A stretch of DNA of 64,000 nt from Dehalococcoidia bacterium (GTDB lineage: Bacteria; Chloroflexota; Dehalococcoidia; Plut-88900), in contig CBDFLQ010000007.1 in assembly GCA_965249275.1 (NCBI GenBank), positions 352,001 through 416,000 of the forward strand, read 5' to 3'. The translations under genes and the position numbers were made by a program. The notes below the pieces were generated by a model. The model was given only the letters and a program-made list of their open reading frames with translations. It searched no databases and had not been told where the DNA came from. Below are positions 18,533 to 28,180 of this stretch, piece after piece (the first letter of the stretch is position 1; every line of letters begins with the position of its first letter).

Positions 18533-20119
18533 TTATGTCACGTCGCAAAGGAAGATTGGCGGATAGTGATACAGTGATACCTCGGGAGAGGGGCCTACCG
18601 TGTCCTTGGCCATCTCCAATGCCGTTGCCACGTCCGGCGCGGTCTCGTAGCCAAGCCGCTCGGCCACCGACTTGTCCTTCGCCCCCGCCACAATCACCCG
18701 GCCAAGGTACTCCTGCCCGTAGCATGCCCAATACCACATGTACAAGGGGTGGACACCGTGATATGCGTACGATTCCCGGTACAGCTTCCGATACCGTTCG
18801 TTCGAGGCAAAAGAAGCCTCAAACCTCTTCTCGATTTCCGCAGCATCCCGGGTTTCGGGCAACACGTTGTTGTAAAAATCGATATACGAGGGGTGGTGCA
18901 ATGAGTTGAATCGCTCCTCCAGCGGGTGCGAGAACACCAGTACCCCGCCCCGCCTCACCAACGGTTTGCCCCGATACATGTTGAAGCTGTAGCCGAGCGC
19001 GAGCGTGTGGATTAGCAGCGGATTCAGCAGTGAGTTCACGTTGTACGGGCAGAGATAAGGAAGGCCCATTACCACCACGTCGGCCTGGCCCTCTACCGGT
19101 ACCGCCTGCTGCTTGAACACACTCGCTAATATCTTCTCATGTACCAAGTCCGTGTCCCCCGCCGCGACATCCAGCAGTCCATATGGCGAGCGAATGTTCT
19201 GGAATATCTGCCATCGCAAATAGAACGGCGAGATGTCCAGTGCCCTACGGTTGACCCCGAATGTCACCTTGTCTATTGCATTCCAGTCTGACTCCTGCTT
19301 TTGCAGGTGTGCCAATATCGACGGAAACGTGTTCGAGGTCAGGGCAGTCTCAATCTTGAAGACGTTCAGATTCTTGGATACCACCTTCCCCATCCCGTTA
19401 ACCGAGTTATGCAACGCGGACCGTGTCGGGTCCATGTATGACTCGCACCGCATCAGTGTGTGCACGTTGTGGTTGTGCCTCATGGTCTTGTAACTCACCA
19501 GTCCCGTGTTGATCGACTTATGCCCACCATCCATCGATGAGAGGTTGATATTCACGTAGATCAGCAGGTCAGACTCCGCCACCCTATTCGATGTCTCTAC
19601 CTCCTCACCCTTCTGAGTCGTCCCGAGCACCACCAGGTTCTCCTCGTCCTCCGCATCGAAGTTGTACAACCTGTCGGGGTGGAATTCGTTGAATACCCTC
19701 TTGCCCACCGCCCGCTTCAGCTCGGAAGGAGTCATTCGCCGATGCAACCCCAGCGCGGCTACAAGGTGTATATCCTCGACACCCTTCTCTCTCAGAGTCC
19801 GAAGCACCGCTTCGATGATCCTCTGGCGCAGGTCGGGCCGCTTCATCGGTGGCAGAGGCAAAGATATATCGTCAAAAGCGATGGTTACCTTCATGCCGGG
19901 CCGAAGCTGGTGGGATAACGGGTCCTGACCCAAAGGGTTCTCTAATGCCTCAGCTATCGCTCCGTCCGCGTCTTTAATAGAGGGAAGGGCGGGCGGGGGA
20001 TAGATTATGCGACTCCCCACCGGCAGCTCCTCGAACCGGAATGCCTCCCCATGATGCATCAGGAATCGCTGTCCGGGCTTCTCGACCCGTTTGACCAGCT
20101 TGCTCTTATCTATTTCCAA
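18533..20119 (-). CDS. Lactate racemase (LarA/DUF2088) domain protein
   Basis: ALENPLG..PL, VTIAFDD, ALGLHRRM, GGHKS, HNHN; TTG start inferred from AAGGAAG. Confidence 0.8.
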   Translation of the reverse strand: MEIDKSKLVKRVEKPGQRFLMHHGEAFRFEELPVGSRIIYPPPALPSIKDADGAIAEALENPLGQDPLSHQLRPGMKVTIAFDDISLPLPPMKRPDLRQRIIEAVLRTLREKGVEDIHLVAALGLHRRMTPSELKRAVGKRVFNEFHPDRLYNFDAEDEENLVVLGTTQKGEEVETSNRVAESDLLIYVNINLSSMDGGHKSINTGLVSYKTMRHNHNVHTLMRCESYMDPTRSALHNSVNGMGKVVSKNLNVFKIETALTSNTFPSILAHLQKQESDWNAIDKVTFGVNRRALDISPFYLRWQIFQNIRSPYGLLDVAAGDTDLVHEKILASVFKQQAVPVEGQADVVVMGLPYLCPYNVNSLLNPLLIHTLALGYSFNMYRGKPLVRRGGVLVFSHPLEERFNSLHHPSYIDFYNNVLPETRDAAEIEKRFEASFASNERYRKLYRESYAYHGVHPLYMWYWACYGQEYLGRVIVAGAKDKSVAERLGYETAPDVATALEMAKDTVGPSPEVSLYHYPPIFLCDVT

Positions 20120-20171
20120 TACAGCTTCCTTATATCTCAGTGGCCTTCGCGGTAAGTGTAGCAAGCCCCGG

Positions 20172-21413
20172 TTAGTCGGGAAAGGTGAACACCATCTTTC
20201 CGCCTCCCAGCCTCCCCGCCCGACCCGCTTTCACTATTGCCTCCCGGTACCGCTCTATGGGAAACCTGTGACTCACCAGCCTCGACACCCCGGAACGGAA
20301 GTTTCCGTCCCTCATGAGGTCTTTGGCCAGTTCGAACGTCTTCATCTCTTTGTCCCTGGTCCGCTCTATCCCGTAGGCGTAAGAGCCTATAAATCGCACC
20401 TCCTGGTGCCACAGGGGCGTCAGGTCGGCTTTCGCATCCGACGGCATTCCCAGGGCCACGAGCGTCCCGTTCTCCATCGTCCACCTCATTGCATCTTCCA
20501 GCGCTGCCGACGTGCCAACACACTCGAACACAACGGGAAACCCGCCCGAAACAGCCGGCTTCCCCCGAATGACCGACAGCACCTTCGCCCCGACCTCGTC
20601 CGACAGCTGCGCATATCCCCCCACACCAGCATCACATACCACGTTGGCTCCCAAGTCCATGGCCTTACGCTTCTGTGATTCGTATTTGGCCACAGCCACT
20701 ATCCGGCATTCCGGTTGTAATGCCCTCAGCGCTGCAATGGTCAGCAATCCAACTACACCACACCCGACCACGAGCACGGGCCCCGGCCCTTCTATCCCGG
20801 CCCTAAGCACTCCGTGAATAGCACACGATAGCGGCTCCAACAGCACCGTCGTCTCGTCCGAAAAGTCATCCGGGACTCGGTGCAACTGCGCTGTGTGCGC
20901 CACGAACCGTTCACCCCAGCCTCCCGGCAAGCTTCGGCAATACCCGATCTGCAGCCCCGCCGAAAATTCCCCTTCCGTTGTCCGCACGCAGTTAGCATAC
21001 CGTCCCGCTGCACATTGAGGGCACAAGTCGGGCATCCCCCTGACCGTGCAGCCCAAAGCCGGTTCTATTGCCACCCTTTCTCCCACCTGGAACTCTTCAA
21101 CCCCTTCCCCCACCTCAATTATCTCCGCCACAACCTCGTGGCCCGGGACAAGTGGAAATGACGTAAAACCAGATAGATACAAGCTCCCCCTGCACATCAC
21201 CACTACCAGGTCAGACCCACAGATCCCACTCATAATCGTGCGCACCTTGACCCAATCTGGACCCGGCAGCGCTGGCTCCTGCACGTCCTTCATCCGCAAA
21301 ACAGCAGTCGGGCCCAACGACAACCGTGGGAACCGTTTGGAAAGCGCCCTGGTCACCAGCCACCGTGGAATACTCTTGGAAACAACTAATGCCTTCACAA
21401 AAACCTGTCTCAT
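20172..21413 (-). CDS. Zinc-dependent alcohol dehydrogenase (MDR)
   Basis: GICGSD, GHE, C...CPQC...C structural Zn site, GCGVVG. Confidence 0.9.
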   Translation of the reverse strand: MRQVFVKALVVSKSIPRWLVTRALSKRFPRLSLGPTAVLRMKDVQEPALPGPDWVKVRTIMSGICGSDLVVVMCRGSLYLSGFTSFPLVPGHEVVAEIIEVGEGVEEFQVGERVAIEPALGCTVRGMPDLCPQCAAGRYANCVRTTEGEFSAGLQIGYCRSLPGGWGERFVAHTAQLHRVPDDFSDETTVLLEPLSCAIHGVLRAGIEGPGPVLVVGCGVVGLLTIAALRALQPECRIVAVAKYESQKRKAMDLGANVVCDAGVGGYAQLSDEVGAKVLSVIRGKPAVSGGFPVVFECVGTSAALEDAMRWTMENGTLVALGMPSDAKADLTPLWHQEVRFIGSYAYGIERTRDKEMKTFELAKDLMRDGNFRSGVSRLVSHRFPIERYREAIVKAGRAGRLGGGKMVFTFPD

Positions 21414-21475
21414 CCCCTCTCCCTACATGGGAGAGGACTAGGGCCGTAGGCTCGCTGAAGAGAGTGAGGGTATCG

Positions 21476-22165
21476 CTATCCTTTTAGGGTCCACCATTGC
21501 ACTGGCCAATCCCTGGCACGGGCCAGCTTCCCCAATCTGCGTTCCGGGTTTACCGCTATCGGATGCCCCACCAACTCCAGGAGCGGCAGGTCCGAAATGT
21601 CGTCCGCGTAGGCGTAGGAGTCCGACAATACTACCCCACATTTCTCCGCCCAGATCTTTGCGGCCTCCGCTTTCCCGGTTCCACTCAGAGGTCCAAACTC
21701 CAATTCCCCCGTGAATCGTCCCCCGTCCACTTTGCCCCGGGACGCCATCACCTCGTCGACCCCCAGCAAGTCCCCCAGAGGCCTGACCATCTCCATTAGC
21801 CCGCCGGTAAGGAGCACCACCTTGTGACCATCAGTCCTGTGTCGCTCCACCTCATCCCTCGCCTCCCTGAAGAGCCGCCGGCCCCAGTACTCTGCGCCTC
21901 TCCTCTTAGCCCAGCCTACCAGGTCCCCCACCGCTGACCCGCGGTAGTTCTTAAAGAATCCCTTGATGAATTTAACCCTGTCAGTCCAGTCCGTCAGGGC
22001 GTAAAGCGGAATTCTGGGGGCAAAAGCTGCTAACCACAGACTCCGGCTTAAGAGGCCTTTCCCTTCCAGGGCGTAGTCCAGGTAAACGTCCAGCAGATTT
22101 GAAGAGGCGATGGTCCTGTCCACATCAAAGAACGCCGCAACTCTGGCATTAGGCCCTCCCATCAA
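21476..22165 (-). CDS. HAD-IB family phosphatase
   Basis: AAFFDVDRT, LLTGG, GKAEA, SYAYADDISDLPLL...AVNP. Confidence 0.9.
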   Translation of the reverse strand: MMGGPNARVAAFFDVDRTIASSNLLDVYLDYALEGKGLLSRSLWLAAFAPRIPLYALTDWTDRVKFIKGFFKNYRGSAVGDLVGWAKRRGAEYWGRRLFREARDEVERHRTDGHKVVLLTGGLMEMVRPLGDLLGVDEVMASRGKVDGGRFTGELEFGPLSGTGKAEAAKIWAEKCGVVLSDSYAYADDISDLPLLELVGHPIAVNPERRLGKLARARDWPVQWWTLKG

Positions 22166-24404
22166 GCGCCTCGACTGCCGCCTGCACTTCCCCGGTCACC
22201 TCGCGGCTCAACTCACTCAACCCCTTGGCGTCGGCTCCGTCGGACCTGCCCGCGAAGCAGATAGGCGCCCCAAAACGTATGGAGACGGGATGCCGCTTCA
22301 CTCTTACCGTACCTTTAGGCATCGCTTTATGCGAGTCCTTGATAAACGCGGGTACGACGGGGGCCTCGGACATGAGGGCAAGGAACCCTATGCCGTTCTT
22401 GAAGGGTTGTATCCTTCCCGGCCGACCCCTGCTCCCTTCCGGGTAGAAAACCAGTGCGTGCCCCTTTTCCAATACCGCCAACGCCAACCCGAGCTCCTCC
22501 CGAGACGTCCCCTTCCTGTCGAAAGGGATCGCCGTGAACAGTCCCCTTACCATGCGCGACATGAACCCGTTTTCAAAAAAGTAGTCCTTGGCCGCCACGG
22601 GGTGTACTTTCTCACCTCTCCGCCCGAGAGCATGGAATATCACCGGCGTGTCCATGTGGCTATTGTGGTTCGAAGCAATGATATAAGGCCCGGAGTCTGG
22701 AATGTTCTCAAGCCCCTCACACCGGAAACCCGTCCACCACCTGATCGCCGAGCTCATAAGAAAGAACAGAGCTTGCCCCCAACACCTGATCCACAGTGGG
22801 ACCTTGAACCACCTCTCGGCTTCTGCGCCGAATCCCGCATCCAAAACGCGAGTCGCGTTTCCCCTGGACTCAGGGGCCATGCCGAGCAGGTACTTCTTCA
22901 CACCCGGAATATGCACATCCTGAAGGTAGGACTCCCAGTCCAGCTTACCGATATCGAAGTCAAAATTCTCCTTATCACTCTCGTGAAGCGCACCCATCGC
23001 ACTGCGGGTGTTAGTGGTGAGGAACTTGCATTCAGCCTCGGCGTAAGGTCCGTACAACCTGCCGTACTGGTACAGCCTCTCCAGCGACACCATCTTCAAC
23101 TTCAATCTGTTATGAAAGCGTCGGGTCCAAGGCGTAAAGGAGATGGGCGCCGTAGCTGCGATGGCGGCTCGGAGCGGGAGCATATAGCGCAGGCGGATAT
23201 GGCGAAGGAATTTGGTGGTGGTGGGAAAGGTAGGTTTGGTGAGTTTCCTTGCTTGTCCCCCCTCATCCCCTGACACCGGAAACGGGTTCTTCTGGAAATG
23301 CGCGTCAACCTGGTCTGCGAACCCCTCCAGCGTTATCGGGTTCTCCATCCCTGAGGCAATCTGGTACACCTTTGGAGAGTCATCTACCGAGGCTTGCGCG
23401 ACGATGGCCAATATAGCGTTGGCGACCATGTCAACGGGTATGATGTCCAGTATCCCGTCCCGTTTGCCCGGGAAATCGATCATTCGGCCCCGTCCGTAGG
23501 CCACTATCAGCGGGTCGAGCATCCGAAAACCGTTAAGCCAACCCGGTACAGGCGCTTTCCAGGCGCCTTCTATTATGGCCGGCCTGATAATCGCCCCTTT
23601 CATACCTCCAATGCTCCGCACAAACATCTGCTCACCCATCGCTTTGGAGAAGGTGTACACGTCCTGCCAACCGCGCCTGTGAGCCCATTCCATGCCGATC
23701 TTGCTCAGCTGCTTGTCCAGCCGCTCAGACTCGGCGCGGCTAACCTGCCCCTTCGCTCCCCTCACCGACCCCGCTTTCGCCAGAATCGCCTCGATCTCCT
23801 CTTCCACATCGTAGTCTGTCTGGGGAATACCGTTGATGTCCCCGACAGTACGGGTCGGGTCTGGCAGCTCCTCCGACACAGGCCCTTTGCGAGTAGCATT
23901 CACGTAGCAGGTAGAAACTTGGGCGAAAAACGGGTCCTTACATCCCTTTGCGAACTCAACCATTCGACCGGGACCCAAGGTGTTCAATCTCACTGCCGTA
24001 TCCAAAGGCGCATCGAAGGAGACGACCGCGGCGCAATGAATAATTATGTCGACTTCGCCTTGCAAACGCTTGTATGTTTCCGGGTCCAGGCCCAGCTTAT
24101 CTATAGCTACATCCCCTGAGACGGCATGGATCTTGCTATCGAAGAGGCCGTCGAAAGCATCTCCCATCCTGTCTTTCAACGGCTCGAAGATCTGGGATTC
24201 GAAGACTTCCTGTTTGAGTCTTTCGTCTATGGATATAGCTGTGGCTGTGGCCCCGGCCCGTGTCTTGGGCCTGACAAGAACGTAGACAACCGCGATGTCA
24301 GGAAGAAGGCTGAGCATTCTCTCCAGGAGCACTTTGCCCAACAGGCCCGTGCCGCCTGTGAGAAGCACAGTCTTTCCCCTGTAGAAGTCTCGAAGTGGTT
24401 GCAA
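22149..24404 (-). CDS. Fatty acyl-CoA reductase (NAD_binding_4 + Sterile) fused to a PlsC-type acyltransferase
   Basis: TGGTGLLGKVLLE, IIHCAAVVSFD, VSTCYV, YTFSKAMGE, RPAII, DIIPVD; C-terminal NHNSHMD (HxxxxD) and FYPEGSR. Confidence 0.88.
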   Translation of the reverse strand: MQPLRDFYRGKTVLLTGGTGLLGKVLLERMLSLLPDIAVVYVLVRPKTRAGATATAISIDERLKQEVFESQIFEPLKDRMGDAFDGLFDSKIHAVSGDVAIDKLGLDPETYKRLQGEVDIIIHCAAVVSFDAPLDTAVRLNTLGPGRMVEFAKGCKDPFFAQVSTCYVNATRKGPVSEELPDPTRTVGDINGIPQTDYDVEEEIEAILAKAGSVRGAKGQVSRAESERLDKQLSKIGMEWAHRRGWQDVYTFSKAMGEQMFVRSIGGMKGAIIRPAIIEGAWKAPVPGWLNGFRMLDPLIVAYGRGRMIDFPGKRDGILDIIPVDMVANAILAIVAQASVDDSPKVYQIASGMENPITLEGFADQVDAHFQKNPFPVSGDEGGQARKLTKPTFPTTTKFLRHIRLRYMLPLRAAIAATAPISFTPWTRRFHNRLKLKMVSLERLYQYGRLYGPYAEAECKFLTTNTRSAMGALHESDKENFDFDIGKLDWESYLQDVHIPGVKKYLLGMAPESRGNATRVLDAGFGAEAERWFKVPLWIRCWGQALFFLMSSAIRWWTGFRCEGLENIPDSGPYIIASNHNSHMDTPVIFHALGRRGEKVHPVAAKDYFFENGFMSRMVRGLFTAIPFDRKGTSREELGLALAVLEKGHALVFYPEGSRGRPGRIQPFKNGIGFLALMSEAPVVPAFIKDSHKAMPKGTVRVKRHPVSIRFGAPICFAGRSDGADAKGLSELSREVTGEVQAAVEALDGRA

Positions 24405-24594
24405 GGAAGTACGCTGGGTGTCGTCTAACTAAGGTAGGAAAACAAGCGGAGCAGCGTCCAAACCTGGGGCTCCGCCAACCCCGACGCATTATAGTTTCCG
24501 CCGGTCGAATCGTCCATTACCCCCCACATCCCCTCTCCTCTCTTGAATAACCTGGCATGGTCTGGGGTACCTGAAACCTCACCCACTTCCTCTA

Positions 24595-25161
24595 TCATTC
24601 GGTCGCCAAGTGCCGTGCCACCTCCGTGAGCCCCGTCACCCGAGTTACGTTTTCCCCGTATTGGTACCCTCGATTCCTTGGCCAGTCCCTCAGAAACACC
24701 CTCGACAGCCCCTTCCGAGACAGATGATCGGCAACCCGGCCATCGTCATCTACGAACTCCTCAATCCCGAGTTCCGAGCACATATGCCACTTGAAGTCCG
24801 GGGATCGCAAGCCCAGGTTGTTCGAGTGGACCTCGCGGAACAGGTGGAGAAACCCATGTGCTTTCAACCATCCCTCTATTAGCCCCGCTCCAATCCCGTT
24901 CCGACTGGTAACCAGTACCGGGGTTCGGAACTCGCTTATCGATTCGATCCCCTCCTGAGCGTCCTCCAGTGGCTTGCGCCCATAGTACTTGAGCTTCAAT
25001 AGCCACTTCATTGCCACAAGCCCGATTCCTGAAGGAGTTTCTCTGCTCTTCGAGTTGAGTGGGCGGCTCTCGTATGGTCCCGGTGCTATCGGCACGTTTA
25101 GTCCGAAGGGAGGGCGGCAAATTACACCGTCCATATCTATGCCTATCAGGGGTTTGTCCAT
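24595..25161 (-). CDS. HAD-superfamily protein (5'-nucleotidase-like)
   Basis: IGIDMDGV, LVTSR, K...FVDDD. Confidence 0.7.
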   Translation of the reverse strand: MDKPLIGIDMDGVICRPPFGLNVPIAPGPYESRPLNSKSRETPSGIGLVAMKWLLKLKYYGRKPLEDAQEGIESISEFRTPVLVTSRNGIGAGLIEGWLKAHGFLHLFREVHSNNLGLRSPDFKWHMCSELGIEEFVDDDGRVADHLSRKGLSRVFLRDWPRNRGYQYGENVTRVTGLTEVARHLATE

Positions 25162-25272
25162 ACGCCAGCCTTTTCAGATACCGTGTCTTCTCCGGTCATT
25201 CTACCTCGAACGCCTCCGTAGAAAGCTGCCTGTGTGGTAGTATCGGACCGTAGCTTCAAGGGAGGAAGAGAC

Positions 25273-26148
25273 ATGAAACAGCTTGGCCCCGATCAAGTTT
25301 GCCGCAGGTTCTCCGCCGAAGATCTGCCCAGCCTTCGCGTCGAGTCCGGAGAGGTCTTCTCTGTACGGACGACTGACCGGTTCCGGAACGTCTCCAAAAC
25401 CGACCCCGACTTCGCAAAGTCGGACGTTGTCCGGTCCATGAATGGACCCATTTACGTTAACGGGGTCCGCGCGGGCGACACCCTAAAGGTAGAGTTTCTT
25501 TCCATGTCCCCCGCCGAGACCTCCGCCTACGTCCTTGCCCTTCCGGGTCACGGGGCGCTGGGGAGCCGGATTCCCAACTTCCTAATGGAGACCGTAGACG
25601 TTACCGGTAAAGACGCAGTGTTCCCGAATGGCACGTCGGTCCCGATCAGGCCCATGCTAGGCTTGATCGGCGTGGCCCCCGAGCATGGGGAAGCAGGGTT
25701 GAGTGCCACCGGGCCTTTCGGAGGCCAGCTCAGCATCACCGACGTCACGGCAGGCTCTGCCCTCTACTTACCCGTGTTCCACGACGGCGCATTCTTGTCT
25801 ATGGGAGATTCTCATCTCGCTATGGGAGAAGGTGAGTCCACGAGCTCCGCCGTCGAAGGTTCGATGAGTATCACCATCCGGGCCGCGGCTTCTCAAGACG
25901 TAAGAGTTTCGGGCCCCATGGTAGTGACCCCCGAGCATGTGATTAGCTTCGGAAGAGGGGTCACCATGGAAGAGGCTGCTAACGCCGCCACCCTGGCCAT
26001 GGCAGACCTCCTTATGTCCCGACTAAACATATCGGCCACGGACGCCGCCATGCTCATCGGATGCGGAGCAGACCTGCGGACCGCTCTAGCTCTCCATTCG
26101 CCCTACAGCATGAAGATGCTCATGCCCCTCTCCACCCTACCCCTCTAA
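25273..26148 (+). CDS. Acetamidase/formamidase family protein
   Basis: NGPIYVNGVRAGDTLKVE, PMLGLIGVAP, GPFGG, LYLPV..DGA.LSMGDSHLAMGEGE. Confidence 0.88.
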   Translation: MKQLGPDQVCRRFSAEDLPSLRVESGEVFSVRTTDRFRNVSKTDPDFAKSDVVRSMNGPIYVNGVRAGDTLKVEFLSMSPAETSAYVLALPGHGALGSRIPNFLMETVDVTGKDAVFPNGTSVPIRPMLGLIGVAPEHGEAGLSATGPFGGQLSITDVTAGSALYLPVFHDGAFLSMGDSHLAMGEGESTSSAVEGSMSITIRAAASQDVRVSGPMVVTPEHVISFGRGVTMEEAANAATLAMADLLMSRLNISATDAAMLIGCGADLRTALALHSPYSMKMLMPLSTLPL

Positions 26149-26226
26149 CCTCTCGCCCTCTCCCAATCAGAATAAAGTTGGGGGCGGCTAACTCAGCCGC
26201 CCCCAACCTTCCCCATTCATTTTCTC

Positions 26227-26949
26227 CTAGTCCCTGGACACAAACCCTAACAGGCTTAGGATGATCATGAATATGTTCAGGAAGTTCACGTACAACCCGA
26301 TGCTTCCCATCACCGCAACCTGAGTCGCCGCCTCGTAGTTGCCCTGCTCCGCCGCCTGCAAAGCCAACACTTTCATCTGTTTTGTCTGCCACACCGTCAG
26401 CGCTAGGAACAACGGCAGCAAAACAATATTTATCAGCAGGAACAGAAAGCTGGATTGAAGAAGCAAGATGTTTACGAGACTTATGACTATCAACCCAACC
26501 ACGCCGATAATCAGCATCGGACCCCATCTCGAAATATCCCTCTTGGTGGTCATGCCGATTGCGCTCATTCCCACGAACAGCCCCGCGGTCAGCAGGAACG
26601 CAACTGCGATGGTCTCGGTCGTGTATCGGGACACGATCCAGGACAGGAACAACCCTTCCATGGCCGTGAACAGGAGATAGACCCCTGTCGCCGGCCCAGT
26701 GTGCCCCTTCACAGCCAGGCCGTTGGCAGCCATCAACATCCCAAATATCAACCCGAACCCCACCAAGAAACCCAACCACCCGATATTCAGAATGACGTCG
26801 CCGAGCCCTATCCTGTCCCCGACCCATATGCCTGCCCCGGTGGTAATGATCCCCAGGGCCACAAGCCCGTACATCCGGGACATGGCCCCTGTATAAATCT
26901 GGTTGGCTCGTTCCCTACCGAAGCCGATGCTGTATTGGTCCCTGAGCAT
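26227..26949 (-). CDS. Bax inhibitor-1/YccA family membrane protein
   Basis: About 7 TM segments, TTKRDIS.WG, LYVNFLNIF. Confidence 0.88.
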   Translation of the reverse strand: MLRDQYSIGFGRERANQIYTGAMSRMYGLVALGIITTGAGIWVGDRIGLGDVILNIGWLGFLVGFGLIFGMLMAANGLAVKGHTGPATGVYLLFTAMEGLFLSWIVSRYTTETIAVAFLLTAGLFVGMSAIGMTTKRDISRWGPMLIIGVVGLIVISLVNILLLQSSFLFLLINIVLLPLFLALTVWQTKQMKVLALQAAEQGNYEAATQVAVMGSIGLYVNFLNIFMIILSLLGFVSRD

Positions 26950-27083
26950 GGGTCTCAAACTCCCTTTACAAGTAAATGCGGTCCAGCCTCAAATTATACA
27001 TCGCGGGGCTCGTCCCTTCGGGGTAGGCCAGAGGACAAGCGCCTATAAAGTGCAATCAAAGATTCGCCCCAGGCATGTATTGC

Positions 27084-27842
27084 CTAAGGACCAGGAGACT
27101 GAGTTGGGCCGTCCTGCGGAGGACGGGGATGGCTGTGTACCTCCGCCATAAGAAACGCCAAACTCCCGCGCCACAGGTGTACTTGCTCTTCGCCCCAAGC
27201 GGGGTCATAGTCCGGGAATTTGGCCAGAAGCTTCGTCATCATGTCAGAGTTGTGTGGCGATTCCACATGTCCCTTAACGGGCTCCGAGACTCGCACTTGT
27301 GGAGCCGAGGCCGGAGGAGCGCTCGACGGCGCTGCCCTCTTCCTCGGCCCCCGCGTCCCGGACTGCCTATCCCGCGGCGTCTTGAAATGCGGCGAAAGCT
27401 GTATCTCAGCATCTTTGGCTATGCGAAGAAAGAACGTCATGCCCTTTCGCCCTACTTCGTCCTGTGATCCGCCTGTCTTGAATTTCTCAGCAAGGTGATC
27501 GGGAGTTGCAGACCTAAGCATAAGTCCGTCCAGCACCGGCACGTACGCCCTTTCCACTACCTTATACAGCAGCCCCTTTGCCTCATCCTCCCCCGAAGAC
27601 AGCAAGCTCTTGAGCGCATCCGTTGGGTGTCTTTGTGAATCCACCAACCCGAGAAATGCCAGCGCAGACTGCAAATTCGACTCGGCCGACGCGTTGACCT
27701 TCAGTTTCTTGAGGTAACTGTTGTCTATCCGGCTCGGCAAGTGTTGATTGGCAAAGTCCTCCCTCAACGTTTCCAACAGTCGTTGCCATTGAGAGTAAGG
27801 GGGATACGGTGGTCGCCTTTTGCCATTTTCTAACCCTGCCAT
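27084..27842 (-). CDS. DUF5343-like putative DNA-binding protein
   Basis: PPY...LPSRIDNSYL, ALAFLGLVD....PT..L, K..TFFL.IAKDA.I.LSP, basic/Pro linker, LLAKFPDYDPAW tail; family recognised from memory. Confidence 0.65.
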   Translation of the reverse strand: MAGLENGKRRPPYPPYSQWQRLLETLREDFANQHLPSRIDNSYLKKLKVNASAESNLQSALAFLGLVDSQRHPTDALKSLLSSGEDEAKGLLYKVVERAYVPVLDGLMLRSATPDHLAEKFKTGGSQDEVGRKGMTFFLRIAKDAEIQLSPHFKTPRDRQSGTRGPRKRAAPSSAPPASAPQVRVSEPVKGHVESPHNSDMMTKLLAKFPDYDPAWGEEQVHLWRGSLAFLMAEVHSHPRPPQDGPTQSPGP

Positions 27843-27910
27843 GCCGTTTGTCCTTTGTCCGGCTTGTCTGGCACTCGTCCGTTATGGCTATGATACCAGC
27901 CAAAAACGGT

Positions 27911-28101
27911 TAAGGCAATATATGCCATCCCCGACAACTAAGGCAAAAGGTAGTGGCATATTTGCCTTACAGCATTCTGGTTTTGCCTTAGTTTCACAGG
28001 TGCTTTTTCCACGGCTAGAATGGCCTCATATTGCCTGAATTGCACCCGAGGCCGGGACATACACCGACCTTACGAGGCAAAGCCCACAAGGCAATATGCC
28101 A
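27911..28101. repeat. Array of 7 (T/C)(A/C/G)AGGCAA motifs in both orientations
   Basis: +27911, +27939, -27969, -27990, -28038, +28073, +28087; exact 13-bp inverted pair aactaaggcaaaa at 27936-27948 and 27981-27993. Confidence 0.8.
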
Positions 28102-28180
28102 CCGGGTGCCGCCCGGCGGCAAGCGCTATACCTATCGGGATAGCGACCCGGACCGCAGTTCGAAAGGAGGGTTGAATAAA

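Noticed and set aside
22110-24119. Long plus-strand ORFs (387 and 241 aa), and similar antisense ORFs at 5156, 37393, 47177, 60476 and 62155
   Set aside because: Antisense shadows of well-supported genes, expected at high GC
27850-28180. oriC or plasmid iteron origin
   Set aside because: No array of TTATCCACA boxes (one weak match at most), no AT-rich unwinding element, no dnaA or rep gene
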